From NCBI GenBank assembly GCA_003556835.1, contig PWQG01000243.1, positions 1,286 to 65,285 of the forward strand: a stretch of 64,000 nt of DNA, given 5' to 3'. The notes below the pieces were generated by a model that saw only the letters and a list, made by a program, of their open reading frames with translations, was not told the origin of the DNA and searched no databases. This DNA comes from Gammaproteobacteria bacterium. Lineage in GTDB: Bacteria; Pseudomonadota; Gammaproteobacteria; Pseudomonadales; Pseudohongiellaceae. How positions within the stretch are numbered: the stretch's first letter is position 1; every line of letters begins with the position of its first letter. This document shows, piece by piece, positions 1 to 9,956 of the stretch. The position numbers and the translations under genes are program-made.

Positions 1-2327
1 CCCTGAACACCAATATGGAAGCGGCTGAGGAAATCGCGCGGCAGCTGCGTCTCCGTGACATGGGTGGCCTGGTTGTCATCGACTTCATCGACATGAATGC
101 CAACAAACATCAACGTGACGTCGAAAACCGCATGCGTGAAGCCCTGGAGGCGGACCGTGCCCGGGTACAGGTGGGTCGTATTTCCCGCTTTGGCCTGCTC
201 GAGATGTCCCGTCAGCGACTGCGCCCATCTCTCGAAGAAACCAGCGCCATCGTCTGCCCCCGCTGTAATGGTCAGGGCGCCATCCGCGATATCAAATCGC
301 TGTGCCTGTCCATCCTGCGTGTACTGCAGGAAGAGGCCAACAAACCGCGCAGCGCGGAAATCCGGGCCATCGTGCCGATCAATGTGGCGGCCTATCTGCT
401 CAACGAAAAGCGCCAGGTCCTGTCCGACATCGAGCAACAGAGCAATGCCCGGGTGCTGATCATTCCAAACCCCAGCCTGGACACGCCCCACTACGAAATA
501 CAGGCCATCAACCGTCAGGATCTGGATAGCGCCCAGGCAAGCAGTTACGAGATCGACGTGCACAAGGACGCCGAGGCACCAATCAGCGATCACGCCCCGA
601 CTCCGCCGCCTCCACAGGCTGCAGTGCAAGCCCCTCGGGCCGCCCAGGCACCAGCACCGGCGGCTCGCCCGCCAGCCGCCCAGGCCCAGGCGGAACGCAA
701 GAAAGGCTTCCTGGGCTCACTGCTCTCGGTCTTTTCCGGCCTGGTTTCTTCAGGCGCCGCAAATGATGGTGACGAGGAAGACAAAGACCGCAAACACGAC
801 AAGGATCGAAGCGCAAGCCAGGGTCAACAGGGACGTAACCGCAATCAGGGTCAGTCACGTCAACGCAACCAGAGCCGCGGTGGTGGCCAACAGAAAAGAC
901 GTCCCTCCGATGATCGACGCGGCCCGAAACGCGATGCCGACAGCGATGATAGGAAAGAGGACAACCGTCCGGAAAAGCGCGGCGGCAAGGATAAACAGGA
1001 CGACAAGGGAGCACCATCCTCCCGCCGTCGTGGCGGCAGACCGGATGCTAACAAAGCCGACGGAAACCGCTCCGATGGCGGCAAGCCCGATGGGGGTCGT
1101 CGCAAAGGCGGTGAGGGCCGAAAACAGGACGATGGCGAGCAGGCTGCTCCCAGGGATCAGAAAGAAACGCAGGATAAGCGACAGGACGACGAATCCGCTC
1201 AGAACGAACAGGATTCCGGTAAAGGTCGGCGTCGTACTGGACGCAAACCCCGCAATACAACGCCGCGCCAGCGTGGACCGCGTCCTGATCTCGAGCAGGA
1301 AAATACGGACAACACGGCGGAACGGGCATCAACAGATGCCAACGAGGCCAGTACCAGTGACAAGGCGGTGAAAACCGGGAAAACGGAAACGGTCGCGGCT
1401 GACACGCCGGAAAAACCCGATACCGGCAAGGATGGCAACAAGCCCAAGCCGGGTGGCGGTCGTAATCGCGGCGGACGCGGCGGCAGGAAGCGCACATCAG
1501 GCCCGGATACGGAAAAAGCGGCCAACACCGACGCGCAGTCGGAAAAGCAGTCAGCCGTTGCCGATGAAGCAAAGAGCGAGGACAAGGTTGCGGCCGAAAA
1601 ACGCAGTGAACCGGAAAACGCAGACCGATCCTCCAGCGAAAGTCATGCAGCCAAGCCGGAAGCCAACGCAGCGGAGCAAGCCGGACAAGCGCCAAAGGGC
1701 CAAAAGGACAGTCATGAAGAAAGTGCCACGGCACCCTCAGACAAGCCCGCCAAAGCGAAAGAGGAAAAAGCGGCTGGTGACGACACGACTGCCGCTACTG
1801 TAACTGATGAGGAGAAAGGTAAGGCCAAGGCCAGGAAGCCTGCCCGCAAAAAGGCCGCCAGCCGCAAGAAAAGCGATGCTGATGGCAACAAAGCGGTGGA
1901 GCAGGAAGCCAAGGCTGCAGACGGGCCCGCGGCGAAGCCGGATGCTGACACGGACTCGGGAGATGCAAAGCAAAATGCTGGCTCTGACAATGCTGCCAAG
2001 GAAGAGAAAAAGCAGGACGCCACTCCCGAGGAAAGCGCTCCCCCTGCGAAAGCGGACAAACCGGAAAAGCCCGCTAAGCCGACTGGTGGAAAGGACGAAA
2101 AATCCGCTGACAGCAAGGGTGGCAAGCCCAAGAGTGGCGGCAGAAAAGGTTCTGACCAAAAGGGCAAGGCCGTGAAAGGCAAAACCGCCACGACAGGTCG
2201 GGCGCCCAATGATCCCCGGGAACTCCGGCGCCGCCGCCTGGCGGAGCAGGCTGCCTCGGCCGGCGGGAAATCAGCTGATGCCGAGAGCGGCAAGGCGGAT
2301 GACAGTGATTCCGGCAAGGACAGCTGA
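1..2327 (+). CDS. rne: Ribonuclease E, 3' portion (end of catalytic domain plus long low-complexity C-terminal scaffold); 5' end lies upstream of the window
   Basis: ORF 15..2327 stays open back to base 3. [31 protein letters not shown], Zn-link CPRCNGQG and an amphipathic segment [16 protein letters not shown] match RNase E. The remaining ~550 aa are K/R/D/E/G/A-rich, like RNase E scaffold regions. Confidence 0.93.
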   Translation, partial: LNTNMEAAEEIARQLRLRDMGGLVVIDFIDMNANKHQRDVENRMREALEADRARVQVGRISRFGLLEMSRQRLRPSLEETSAIVCPRCNGQGAIRDIKSLCLSILRVLQEEANKPRSAEIRAIVPINVAAYLLNEKRQVLSDIEQQSNARVLIIPNPSLDTPHYEIQAINRQDLDSAQASSYEIDVHKDAEAPISDHAPTPPPPQAAVQAPRAAQAPAPAARPPAAQAQAERKKGFLGSLLSVFSGLVSSGAANDGDEEDKDRKHDKDRSASQGQQGRNRNQGQSRQRNQSRGGGQQKRRPSDDRRGPKRDADSDDRKEDNRPEKRGGKDKQDDKGAPSSRRRGGRPDANKADGNRSDGGKPDGGRRKGGEGRKQDDGEQAAPRDQKETQDKRQDDESAQNEQDSGKGRRRTGRKPRNTTPRQRGPRPDLEQENTDNTAERASTDANEASTSDKAVKTGKTETVAADTPEKPDTGKDGNKPKPGGGRNRGGRGGRKRTSGPDTEKAANTDAQSEKQSAVADEAKSEDKVAAEKRSEPENADRSSSESHAAKPEANAAEQAGQAPKGQKDSHEESATAPSDKPAKAKEEKAAGDDTTAATVTDEEKGKAKARKPARKKAASRKKSDADGNKAVEQEAKAADGPAAKPDADTDSGDAKQNAGSDNAAKEEKKQDATPEESAPPAKADKPEKPAKPTGGKDEKSADSKGGKPKSGGRKGSDQKGKAVKGKTATTGRAPNDPRELRRRRLAEQAASAGGKSADAESGKADDSDSGKDS

Positions 2328-2347
2328 CCCCCGCCTGCAGCGGAACA

Positions 2348-2383
2348 TAAAAAAACCCGGTCGCTAACGACCGGGTTTTTTTA
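2348..2383. terminator. Bidirectional intrinsic terminator between convergent rne and etfA
   Basis: A-run 2348-2355, perfect 8-bp stem CCCGGTCG/CGACCGGG (2356-2363 and 2368-2375) with loop CTAA, then T-run 2376-2382. Confidence 0.9.
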
Positions 2384-2426
2384 TGGGCAACTCCCCGTCC
2401 ACCATTGGCAGCGGACAGGGGCTGAC

Positions 2427-3356
2427 TCAGAGCTTTTCTTCCAGCTCCGGAATGGCCTTGAACAGATCAGCCACCAGGCCATAATCGGCAACCTGGAAGA
2501 TCGGGGCTTCCTCGTCCTTGTTGATGGCCACGATGACCTTGCTGTCCTTCATGCCGGCCAGATGCTGGATCGCGCCAGAAATACCGACCGCGATATACAG
2601 CTCGGGGGCAACAATCTTCCCGGTCTGACCCACCTGCATGTCATTGGGTACGAATCCGGCATCAACCGCTGCCCGGGATGCGCCAATGGCAGCGCCAAGC
2701 TTGTCCGCAACCTTCTCCAGCATGGCAAAGTTCTCCCCATTCTGCATGCCGCGCCCACCGGAAATGACCACCTTGGCCGCAGCCAGATCGGGCCGCTCGG
2801 ATTCGGTCAGCTCTTCACTGACAAACTCGGCAATGCCCTGTTCGTGGGCAATATCAATGCTCTCGATGCCGGCACTGCCACCCTCGGCAGCGGCAGGGTC
2901 GAAGGCCGTGCCACGCACGGTGATGACCTTGATCGCATCCTCGGATTGTACGGTGGCCAGGGCGTTGCCCGCATAAATGGGTCGGACAAAGGTATCGTCC
3001 GACTTCACGGCAACAATATCGGAAATCTGTGCCACATCCAGCAGGGCCGCCACACGCGGCATGATGTTCTTGCCGTTGGTGCTTGCCGGCGCAAAAATGT
3101 GCGTGGTTTCCTTGCCCAGTTCAGCGATCAGTGGTGCCATTGCCTCGGGCAGCTGATTTTCATAGGCCGCATGGTCTGCAACCACCACTTTGCTGACGCC
3201 TTCGACTTTTGCAACCTGTTCGGCAACCGCCGAACAGCCCTTGCCGGCCACCAGAACCGTTATGTCCTGTCCCAGGGCGCTTGCCGCCGCCACCACATTC
3301 AATGTTGCCGCGTTCAATTCCGCGTTATCGTGTTCTGCTATGACTAGTACACTCAT
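2427..3356 (-). CDS. etfA: Electron transfer flavoprotein subunit alpha
   Basis: 309-aa [14 protein letters not shown]...ISGGRGM...[37 protein letters not shown] is the classic EtfA FAD-binding C-terminus. It lies immediately downstream of etfB. Confidence 0.95.
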   Translation of the reverse strand: MSVLVIAEHDNAELNAATLNVVAAASALGQDITVLVAGKGCSAVAEQVAKVEGVSKVVVADHAAYENQLPEAMAPLIAELGKETTHIFAPASTNGKNIMPRVAALLDVAQISDIVAVKSDDTFVRPIYAGNALATVQSEDAIKVITVRGTAFDPAAAEGGSAGIESIDIAHEQGIAEFVSEELTESERPDLAAAKVVISGGRGMQNGENFAMLEKVADKLGAAIGASRAAVDAGFVPNDMQVGQTGKIVAPELYIAVGISGAIQHLAGMKDSKVIVAINKDEEAPIFQVADYGLVADLFKAIPELEEKL

Positions 3357-3378
3357 GTAAGTAACCCCGTATGACCTG

Positions 3379-4128
3379 TTAGATGACCTTGGCTTCGTTC
3401 TTCAGCTTGTCGATGAGTTCGTCCACGCTTTCCACGACAATCCCGGCGGAACGGCCCGGAGGCGGCTCGACACCGATGACCTTGAGCTTCGAACCGGTAT
3501 CCACACCGAGCTCCTCGGCAGTCATCACGTCAATCTGCTTCTTCTTGGCCTTCATGATATTGGGCAAGGAAGCATAACGGGGCTCATTGAGCCGCAGGTC
3601 GGTGGTCACAATGGCCGGCAGGGACAAGCGTACGGTCTGTGCACCGCCATCCACTTCGCGGGTCACGGTCGCCTTGCCATCAGCCACTTCCAGCTTGCTC
3701 GCGAAAGTGCCCTGGGGCATATTGCTCAGCGCCGCCAGCATCTGGCCCACCTGGTTGTTGTCTGAATCGATGGACTGTTTGCCCAGGATGACCAGGTCCG
3801 CCTTTTCTTTCTCATTGACCTTGTGCAGCAGCTTGGCCACGGCCAGAGGCTGGAGGCCGTCTTCGGTCTCGACGTGAATGCCCCGGTCCGCACCCAGTGC
3901 CAGTGAGGTCCGGATCTGCTCCTGACAGGCCTTTGCACCAATGGAGACCGCAATGATCTCCTCGACAATGCCCTGCTCCTTCAGGCGTACCGCTTCTTCA
4001 ACGGCGATTTCACAAAAGGGATTGATGGCCATTTTGGCATTGGCCAGATCAACGCCGCTGTTATCTGCCTTGACGCGGACCTTAACGTTCGCGTCAACAA
4101 CACGCTTCACTGCTACAAGAACCTTCAT
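3379..4128 (-). CDS. etfB: Electron transfer flavoprotein subunit beta
   Basis: 249-aa [15 protein letters not shown]...[17 protein letters not shown]...[30 protein letters not shown] lies upstream of the ATG at 4128. Confidence 0.95.
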   Translation of the reverse strand: MKVLVAVKRVVDANVKVRVKADNSGVDLANAKMAINPFCEIAVEEAVRLKEQGIVEEIIAVSIGAKACQEQIRTSLALGADRGIHVETEDGLQPLAVAKLLHKVNEKEKADLVILGKQSIDSDNNQVGQMLAALSNMPQGTFASKLEVADGKATVTREVDGGAQTVRLSLPAIVTTDLRLNEPRYASLPNIMKAKKKQIDVMTAEELGVDTGSKLKVIGVEPPPGRSAGIVVESVDELIDKLKNEAKVI

Positions 4129-4315
4129 GGATTCTCCATTAGTCTACTGATACAAAATGGGTGGTCTGATTGTACTGGCGGCAAACGGATCCGTGTCTGG
4201 AACCGGAGTGAGCCGGGGAAGTTCCCGAAACTGCGGCAGAAGCTTCCCGAAAGGCTGCCAATGATGCCTTTTCAGGCAACGATCGTCAATACCGAACGAA
4301 TGTTCGATACGGTTT

Positions 4316-4879
4316 TCAGTGCTCACCGCTCATGGGGAAAAACTCGCCTTCGCTCCAGACACCGGGCACTTGATCGTTGTCCTCGGTTCTACCCTCTCCG
4401 GCAATGTCAGCCAGCTGATAGAACACATTACGATGGATCAGCGCCATCAGCCCGTCACGGACGTGCAGGCGGGGATGTGGCTCGCCCTCGTGCTCGCCCA
4501 CAGTGATCCGATGATCGCTATCGGCCACCACCTGTTCCCCCGTGTTCAGAGTAAAGGTGAGTCGCTGTTCAGCGCCTTGGCCTTCACGGTCGACCAGGGT
4601 AGCGACAAAGGGACAATCCTCCACCTGGATACGCAGTTTTTCCACCGGAGTGACCAGATAATGGCACTGGTCTTCATCGCGCCGCAGCACGGAGGAAAAC
4701 AGCCGCACCATGGCCTCACGTTGAATCGGAGACCCCTGGTAATACCAGCTGCCATCCCGCGCGATGCGCATGTCGATATCACCACAGAAAGGGGGATCCC
4801 AGAGATGGACCGGCGCGGGACCGCGGTCCTGACGGATCTGTTTTGCGAAGGATTCAGGGTTGAAGCTATTTCCGGTCAT
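4316..4879 (-). CDS. DUF1285 domain-containing protein
   Basis: 187-aa ORF. WDPPFCGDIDMRIARDGSWYYQGSPI...LVRLFSSVLRRDED..YYLVTPVEK is the pattern I recognise as DUF1285. Function unknown. Confidence 0.75.
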   Translation of the reverse strand: MTGNSFNPESFAKQIRQDRGPAPVHLWDPPFCGDIDMRIARDGSWYYQGSPIQREAMVRLFSSVLRRDEDQCHYLVTPVEKLRIQVEDCPFVATLVDREGQGAEQRLTFTLNTGEQVVADSDHRITVGEHEGEPHPRLHVRDGLMALIHRNVFYQLADIAGEGRTEDNDQVPGVWSEGEFFPMSGEH

Positions 4880-4916
4880 GCCGTGTCTCCAGGTCGACGC
4901 CAGCCAGCCACAGAGA

Positions 4917-5537
4917 TCACCGCAGTTCGCCGGCCAGACCGTTCACATAGGCCACGATCGACTCCTGCAGCAGACGCTCCGCGCCCGGTCCATAGAGCAC
5001 CAGTTTACCATCTCCAGCGGCAATCCGGACTGTATCGACCACGGAGCCGGCCCGAAGATCGACGACCGTGATCAGCAGGGCCGTGTGGCTGTGACCGAGC
5101 CGATCCAGCAGCGGAATCACCAGGTTCTCATCCCGTGCCCCGGATCTGGCCTCCACTGCCTGATGCTCACGGGCATCCTGCCACAGCAGCAGCCGGGGAT
5201 ACAGCAGATAATCCGCACCATTGACTGTCGCTTGATCCTGCGCAAGCTCCAGGCCGCGCGCTTCGCTGTCAAACGTAACGCGCGCGAAACGTCCACGCAG
5301 GGCTTCCACCAGCAATACTCCAGGCTGGGGCGCCGTACCAGAATACGGCAGCTCTCCAGCCGAGACCTGTATCCGTGCCGTTTGCGGCAACACCCAGTTG
5401 CCCCGGCGCTCGATCTGCCGGCTGGAGCGAAGCCCCAACTGCTCCCCCGCCCGGACCCCGTCATGCACCATACGCTCATAGGTCGCGCATGAGGCCAATA
5501 GCGTCAGCAGTGGAAGAGCAAGCATCAATCGGCTCAT
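4917..5537 (-). CDS. Putative lipoprotein of unknown function
   Basis: The ORF extends to 5699, but ATG 5537 gives MSRLMLALPLLTLLASC with the lipobox LLASC. A GAAGGGGA RBS lies upstream, and the start is 10 nt after the stop of the preceding gene. Confidence 0.65.
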   Translation of the reverse strand: MSRLMLALPLLTLLASCATYERMVHDGVRAGEQLGLRSSRQIERRGNWVLPQTARIQVSAGELPYSGTAPQPGVLLVEALRGRFARVTFDSEARGLELAQDQATVNGADYLLYPRLLLWQDAREHQAVEARSGARDENLVIPLLDRLGHSHTALLITVVDLRAGSVVDTVRIAAGDGKLVLYGPGAERLLQESIVAYVNGLAGELR

Positions 5538-5547
5538 CCAATCCCCT

Positions 5548-5814
5548 TCAGAAATCGCGGCTGCGGTGGCAGCGCGGGCAATGGAATTCGAAACCCTCCC
5601 GGCCGAGCACCATGATCTGTGGTGGCCAGGTACACTGACAAAGAAGATAACCGAGGCGACAGGCCATCTCGGCTTCCTGCAATCGGCCATTGACGGCATT
5701 TTCGGTCACCGGCGTCACATCAGCGTCCGCGGAAGCCGGTTCGGGCGACGATTCAGTCGCTAACGGCTCATCCACCTCTTCTTTAAGAAAGCGTTCCAGT
5801 TCCTGCAGGTTCAT
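5548..5814 (-). CDS. Small hypothetical protein with an acidic N-terminal half and a Cys-rich C-terminal half (C-x6-C-x-C-x17-C-x2-C)
   Basis: 88-aa ORF tightly packed between the Wzc-like gene (20 nt gap) and the lipoprotein gene (10 nt gap). CPRCH plus a CQC cluster suggests a metal-binding ribbon. I do not recognise a family. Confidence 0.5.
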   Translation of the reverse strand: MNLQELERFLKEEVDEPLATESSPEPASADADVTPVTENAVNGRLQEAEMACRLGYLLCQCTWPPQIMVLGREGFEFHCPRCHRSRDF

Positions 5815-5834
5815 AGATTGATTTCCGAATCCAT

Positions 5835-7487
5835 TCAGTAATCCGCCAGATAGTGGCCGCGCGGCGAACGGTACATATACTGAGCCAATGTCAGCCTCTG
5901 CTCACCCAGACCAAAACGCCGCATTTTTTTACGGTCCACCGCATTGAGCAGAATCCCTCTGCCGTCCATGTCAGTCTTGATCGTTTGCAGCCTCGCCACG
6001 GCCCGGTGACAATCATTGAGTGAGCTGATGTCGGCGCGCAGCACGTACAGCAACTGCTCACAGTGTTCAGCCAGTAGCAGACTGTCATCCCCCTCCTGCA
6101 TGGCTGGTCCATCGACAATCACGAAGTCGTAACGCCGCTTCAGTGCCTGCATGATACGCGCAAAGCGTCGGCTGGCCAGCAATTCCTGGGGATTGGGCGG
6201 CGCCACACCAGCCGGAAGCACATCGATACCACCGTCCTCCAGGCGATGCAGGCAACGCCGCACCGGCGCCGCACCGGCAATCAGATGCGAAAGCCCGGGC
6301 GCACCACCCGGTATTCCACAGTAGTCCTGTTGTTCGGTACCGGGGCGCATATCCGCATTGATCAGCAGCACCCGCTCCACCTGACCCAGCATCAGGGCCA
6401 GTCCCTGTGCCATGGTGCTACGGCCGGCACCCGGTTCGCTCGAAAGCAGCAACAGACTCCTTCCCCGCCGCTCCAATCCATGCAGTAGCAGAGACCCGTC
6501 CCGGCCTTGTGCACCGCCATTCTGTAACTGCAAGCGCGTGCGGATGCCGCGCAGGGATTCGTGGAAATCGGTATCCGATATCCGGGAGAGCAAGTTCTCC
6601 GACCCGCTGACCGGACTCACCCGGGGCAGACTGCCCAACATAGGCAGACAGGCATCTTCCGGCCATTCGGCGGCAAAACTGATCCGGTCACGCCAACGGT
6701 AACGCAGGTACAACAGGGGCGCGCCCAGTAGCAAAGACAGCAGTGCGCCACCCAGAGGCAGGCCCGTGCTGATACCGGCTCGCAGGTTCACCGGCTCGGT
6801 GGGCGCATCCAGCACCTGTACGCGGAATGTGGAGGCCACAACGCGACGGTATTCATCCACCAGGCCTTCCAGAAGCGCCGCCTCCAGTCGCACAGCCGCA
6901 TCCGTCATTGTCAGAACACTGTTGGCGGGAAGGTACAGAAGATTGTCATGCCCGAACGGGGCGTTTTGCTCGGGAACCCGGGCTTCAAGCCGGCCTTCAT
7001 CAGCCAGCAACTCATCCAGCTTGCGTAGCACCGAGGCGGTTTCGTGTCGGATCTGTTGAAGATGAAACTGTTCCAGGAAGGGCGGATGCAGCCGCATCAT
7101 ACTGTCGAGCACGCCCTGCGCTACGCCGGCATCGGCAGAGACGGAAACCACTTCTACCACGCCGGCATCATTCAGAGAATGAATACGTAATCCCTGCTGC
7201 ACGCTTCCTGGACTGACTGCATCCAGATCCGCAGCGATCCGATACAGCATCTCTTCACTGCCCAGGAGACGGGCCAGTCGCTCCGGCTCGTGCATGGGGC
7301 GGCTTTCGTTGCCCTCATGGACAATGCTGCCATCTACGGCCAGGGTGAGGGTGGACTCGAACAATGGGGGACGGAAGGCGAGCCACAAGAGAATCAGCGC
7401 AGCCGGGACCACAGCCAGAAGAGCCAGTGGCACCAGATTGCCCCGCAACCAGGGCAGAACATTGTTCTGCAAACGGAATAGAGCCAT
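5835..7487 (-). CDS. Wzz/Wzc-like chain-length-determinant protein fused to a BY-kinase-type P-loop domain with a degenerate Walker A (GAGRST)
   Basis: 550 aa. N-terminal TM (LVPLALLAVVPAALILLWLAF), a ~200-aa periplasmic segment, then a second TM (GLPLGGALLSLLLGAPLLYL). Cytoplasmic motifs are LLLLSSEPGAGRSTMAQGLA (Walker A), LLINADMRPG (Walker A'), FVIVDGPA (Walker B) and a Tyr-rich tail QYMYRSPRGHYLADY. Confidence 0.75.
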   Translation of the reverse strand: MALFRLQNNVLPWLRGNLVPLALLAVVPAALILLWLAFRPPLFESTLTLAVDGSIVHEGNESRPMHEPERLARLLGSEEMLYRIAADLDAVSPGSVQQGLRIHSLNDAGVVEVVSVSADAGVAQGVLDSMMRLHPPFLEQFHLQQIRHETASVLRKLDELLADEGRLEARVPEQNAPFGHDNLLYLPANSVLTMTDAAVRLEAALLEGLVDEYRRVVASTFRVQVLDAPTEPVNLRAGISTGLPLGGALLSLLLGAPLLYLRYRWRDRISFAAEWPEDACLPMLGSLPRVSPVSGSENLLSRISDTDFHESLRGIRTRLQLQNGGAQGRDGSLLLHGLERRGRSLLLLSSEPGAGRSTMAQGLALMLGQVERVLLINADMRPGTEQQDYCGIPGGAPGLSHLIAGAAPVRRCLHRLEDGGIDVLPAGVAPPNPQELLASRRFARIMQALKRRYDFVIVDGPAMQEGDDSLLLAEHCEQLLYVLRADISSLNDCHRAVARLQTIKTDMDGRGILLNAVDRKKMRRFGLGEQRLTLAQYMYRSPRGHYLADY

Positions 7488-7535
7488 CGAATTCTCTTGC
7501 GTCCTTTCACTGCATCAGTTCTGGATATCGACCAT

Positions 7536-8120
7536 TCATGACGAATCTTGAACCGGCTCGGAGTCGGCCACAGTCAGGGCGTAAATGCCCGGCGCATTGC
7601 GCCCATAGCTCTGATAGTCCATCCCGTAACCGACCAGGAAACGATCCGGTGTCATCAACCCGGTGAAATCGGCCTGCCGCAGACGCGCGCAACGCCGCTC
7701 ATGCTGCTTGTCGACCAGCACCGCCGTCAACACCCGGGAGGCGCCCTGCTCCAGACACCAGTCACGGATCCCGGCCAGGGTTTCACCCTCGTCGAGAATA
7801 TCATCCACCAGCAGGACAATGCGGTCACGCAGCCCAGTCTCCGGCTTGTGCAACCATTCCAGCTCACCACCCCGGAGTTCGCCGCGGTAGCGTGTGGCAT
7901 GCACGTAGTCGAGCTGGAGAGGAAATGGCAGCCGCAACATGAGCGCAGCGGTCACCGGAATGGCACCGGTCATCACGCAGAGAATCAGAGGATCATGCCC
8001 CCCGACTTCCACCTCGATCTCACCAGCCATACGATCCAGGCAGGCAGCCACCTCCGTCTCGGTATAGAGGCATTCGGCCGCATACGGGATACCGGATCCG
8101 TTGGACGACATACCAGTCAT
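7536..8120 (-). CDS. hpt: Hypoxanthine-guanine phosphoribosyltransferase
   Basis: 194 aa with PRPP-binding motif IVLLVDDILDEGETL. The start overlaps the nagZ stop (ATGA). Confidence 0.88.
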   Translation of the reverse strand: MTGMSSNGSGIPYAAECLYTETEVAACLDRMAGEIEVEVGGHDPLILCVMTGAIPVTAALMLRLPFPLQLDYVHATRYRGELRGGELEWLHKPETGLRDRIVLLVDDILDEGETLAGIRDWCLEQGASRVLTAVLVDKQHERRCARLRQADFTGLMTPDRFLVGYGMDYQSYGRNAPGIYALTVADSEPVQDSS

Positions 8121-9154
8121 TCCTGTTCCCCGCTTTGCGACAGGTCGGACAGTGCCTTGCGCACCGCCAACTTGCGTGCCTGCAACGTCGAGGAATCAAC
8201 CTGGTACTCGGCAGGCCGCCTTTGCATCAGGGCCAGCCGGCCCGGCTCGCGAGGGGGCGCATCTCGCAGGCATTCCAGGGCTTCCAGGGCCGCTGCCCGA
8301 TCATTGCAGACCAGCAACACCTCACAACCGGCGGACACGGCAGCCGATACCCGCTCCGGCATATCACCCACCTGCGCCGCTCCAGCCATGCAGAGATCGT
8401 CGCTGAATATCAGACCGCGGAAACCGAGTTCACCCCGCAGCATCTCACCCAGCCAACGATGGGAAAAACCCGCTGGCATTGTATCCAGGGCCGGGTAAAT
8501 GACATGTGCCGGCATGATGGCGTCGAGGATCGGCAGGCAGTCGCGGAAAACGGCCAGATCCAGTGCGCGGATCTCGTCCAGGCTGCGCTCATCCACGGGT
8601 ACCGCCACATGCGAATCAGCTGCAACGCTGCCATGTCCCGGAAAGTGTTTGCCCACCGCAGCCATACCGGCTTCATGCATGCCGTCTATATAGGCCAGCG
8701 CAAGTGGCAACAGTTGCTCGGGGTCATCCGAGAAAGCCCGGTCTCCAATCACTTCGCTGATACCGTTATTCAGATCGAGCACTGGCGCGAAGCTGAAATC
8801 GATTCCGCACTCCAGCAATTCGGTGGCCATCAACCAGCCCGTGTCGCGCGCGAGGGCCAGTGCCCGGGCCGTATCATGTCGCATCAGCTGCCCCAATGCC
8901 CCCGCTGGTGGCAGCCTGGTGAATCCGTCCCGCAGCCGTTGCACCCGGCCTCCCTCCTGGTCGACGGCTATCAGTAGTTCCGGGCGCACGGCGCGCACCG
9001 AATCGACCAGCGCGCAGACCTGCTTGCGGTCCACGCAGTTGCGCGCAAACAGGATCAGGCCACCCACACGTGGCTCCTGGAGCAACAGCTTTTCGTTGGC
9101 CTGCAGTTCGGGTCCTTCCAGATCGAGCATCAGGGCGGGGATGGCCTGACTCAT
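8117..9154 (-). CDS. nagZ: Beta-N-acetylhexosaminidase (peptidoglycan recycling)
   Basis: MLDLEGPEL..LLQEPRVGGLILFARN, AVDQEGGRVQRL and KHFPGHG are NagZ motifs. Start placed at ATG 9154, preceded by a GGAGG RBS. The ORF extends to 9169. Confidence 0.92.
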   Translation of the reverse strand: MSQAIPALMLDLEGPELQANEKLLLQEPRVGGLILFARNCVDRKQVCALVDSVRAVRPELLIAVDQEGGRVQRLRDGFTRLPPAGALGQLMRHDTARALALARDTGWLMATELLECGIDFSFAPVLDLNNGISEVIGDRAFSDDPEQLLPLALAYIDGMHEAGMAAVGKHFPGHGSVAADSHVAVPVDERSLDEIRALDLAVFRDCLPILDAIMPAHVIYPALDTMPAGFSHRWLGEMLRGELGFRGLIFSDDLCMAGAAQVGDMPERVSAAVSAGCEVLLVCNDRAAALEALECLRDAPPREPGRLALMQRRPAEYQVDSSTLQARKLAVRKALSDLSQSGEQE

Positions 9155-9242
9155 GTGTGCTACCTCCATTGAAGATGGCCGGCATTATGACCCAGGGGGC
9201 GTGGCCCGGACAAACACAAGCAATCAGGCGGGCCAATGGGGC

Positions 9243-9275
9243 TTGTCAGAACGGCCAGACTGTATATAATTACAG
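9243..9275 (+). promoter_or_regulatory. lexA promoter overlapped by one consensus SOS box
   Basis: TTGTCA (9243-9248), 16-nt spacer, TATAAT (9265-9270). CTGTATATAATTACAG (9260-9275) is a perfect CTGT-N8-ACAG LexA box, 24 nt upstream of the lexA ATG. Confidence 0.85.
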
Positions 9276-9298
9276 GGTCCTTTGCATGGGAGACACGG

Positions 9299-9904
9299 AT
9301 GCAGAAACTAACCCGTAAACAAACGGAAATCCTCGAATTCATCCGCCGGTATCAACAGGAAACCGGTTACCCCCCGACCCGCTCCGAAATCGCCGGGGAG
9401 ATGGGCTATCGGTCTGCCAACGCGGCTGAAGAGCACCTGCGTGCGCTGGCACGCAAGGGCGCCATCGAGATGATTCCCAGTGCCTCACGTGGCATCCGGC
9501 TGCTCAATGAGGGGCCGGCAGGAATTCCGGTCATTGGCCAGGTCGCGGCAGGCAGTCCCATCCTCGCCGAGGAATGCATCGACAGTTGGTATGAACTGCC
9601 CGAACAGATGTTCAGCCCGCAGGCCGATTACCTGCTGACGGTGAAGGGCAACAGCATGATTGATGCGGGCATTCTCGATGGCGATCTGCTGGCCGTGCAC
9701 AAGACCGACCAGGCCCGCGATGGTGACATCATTGTCGCACGTGTCGACGAGGATGTGACGGTGAAGCGGCTGCAACGCGGCTCCGGCGGCAAACTGCTGC
9801 TGATCGCCGCGAATGAGGAATTCGCACCGATCGAGGTGGATCTGCAGCGCCAGCAATTTGCCATTGAGGGCATCAGTGTCGGAGTCATCCGTACCCGGCT
9901 CTGA
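9299..9904 (+). CDS. lexA: LexA repressor
   Basis: [32 protein letters not shown] (winged HTH), cleavage site VAAG, and peptidase S24 core GNSMIDAGI...VARV..DVTVKRL. The ORF extends to 9236, but ATG 9299 matches the LexA N-terminus. Confidence 0.95.
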   Translation: MQKLTRKQTEILEFIRRYQQETGYPPTRSEIAGEMGYRSANAAEEHLRALARKGAIEMIPSASRGIRLLNEGPAGIPVIGQVAAGSPILAEECIDSWYELPEQMFSPQADYLLTVKGNSMIDAGILDGDLLAVHKTDQARDGDIIVARVDEDVTVKRLQRGSGGKLLLIAANEEFAPIEVDLQRQQFAIEGISVGVIRTRL

Positions 9905-9913
9905 ATCCTGGCC

Positions 9914-9956
9914 GGCCATGCGGATGGCTGAGAATCAGTCGGCTGTCCGCATGGCC
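9914..9956. terminator. Stem-loop between convergent lexA and topA (probable terminator, lacks a T-run)
   Basis: Perfect 11-bp inverted repeat GGCCATGCGGA (9914-9924) / TCCGCATGGCC (9946-9956), with an inner CTGA..TCAG pairing in the loop. Confidence 0.5.

Noticed and set aside
583-2317. Multiple overlapping ORFs on both strands within the rne 3' half.
   Set aside because: They arise from purine-rich, low-complexity coding sequence of the RNase E scaffold. The rne frame is continuous with the recognisable catalytic-domain end.
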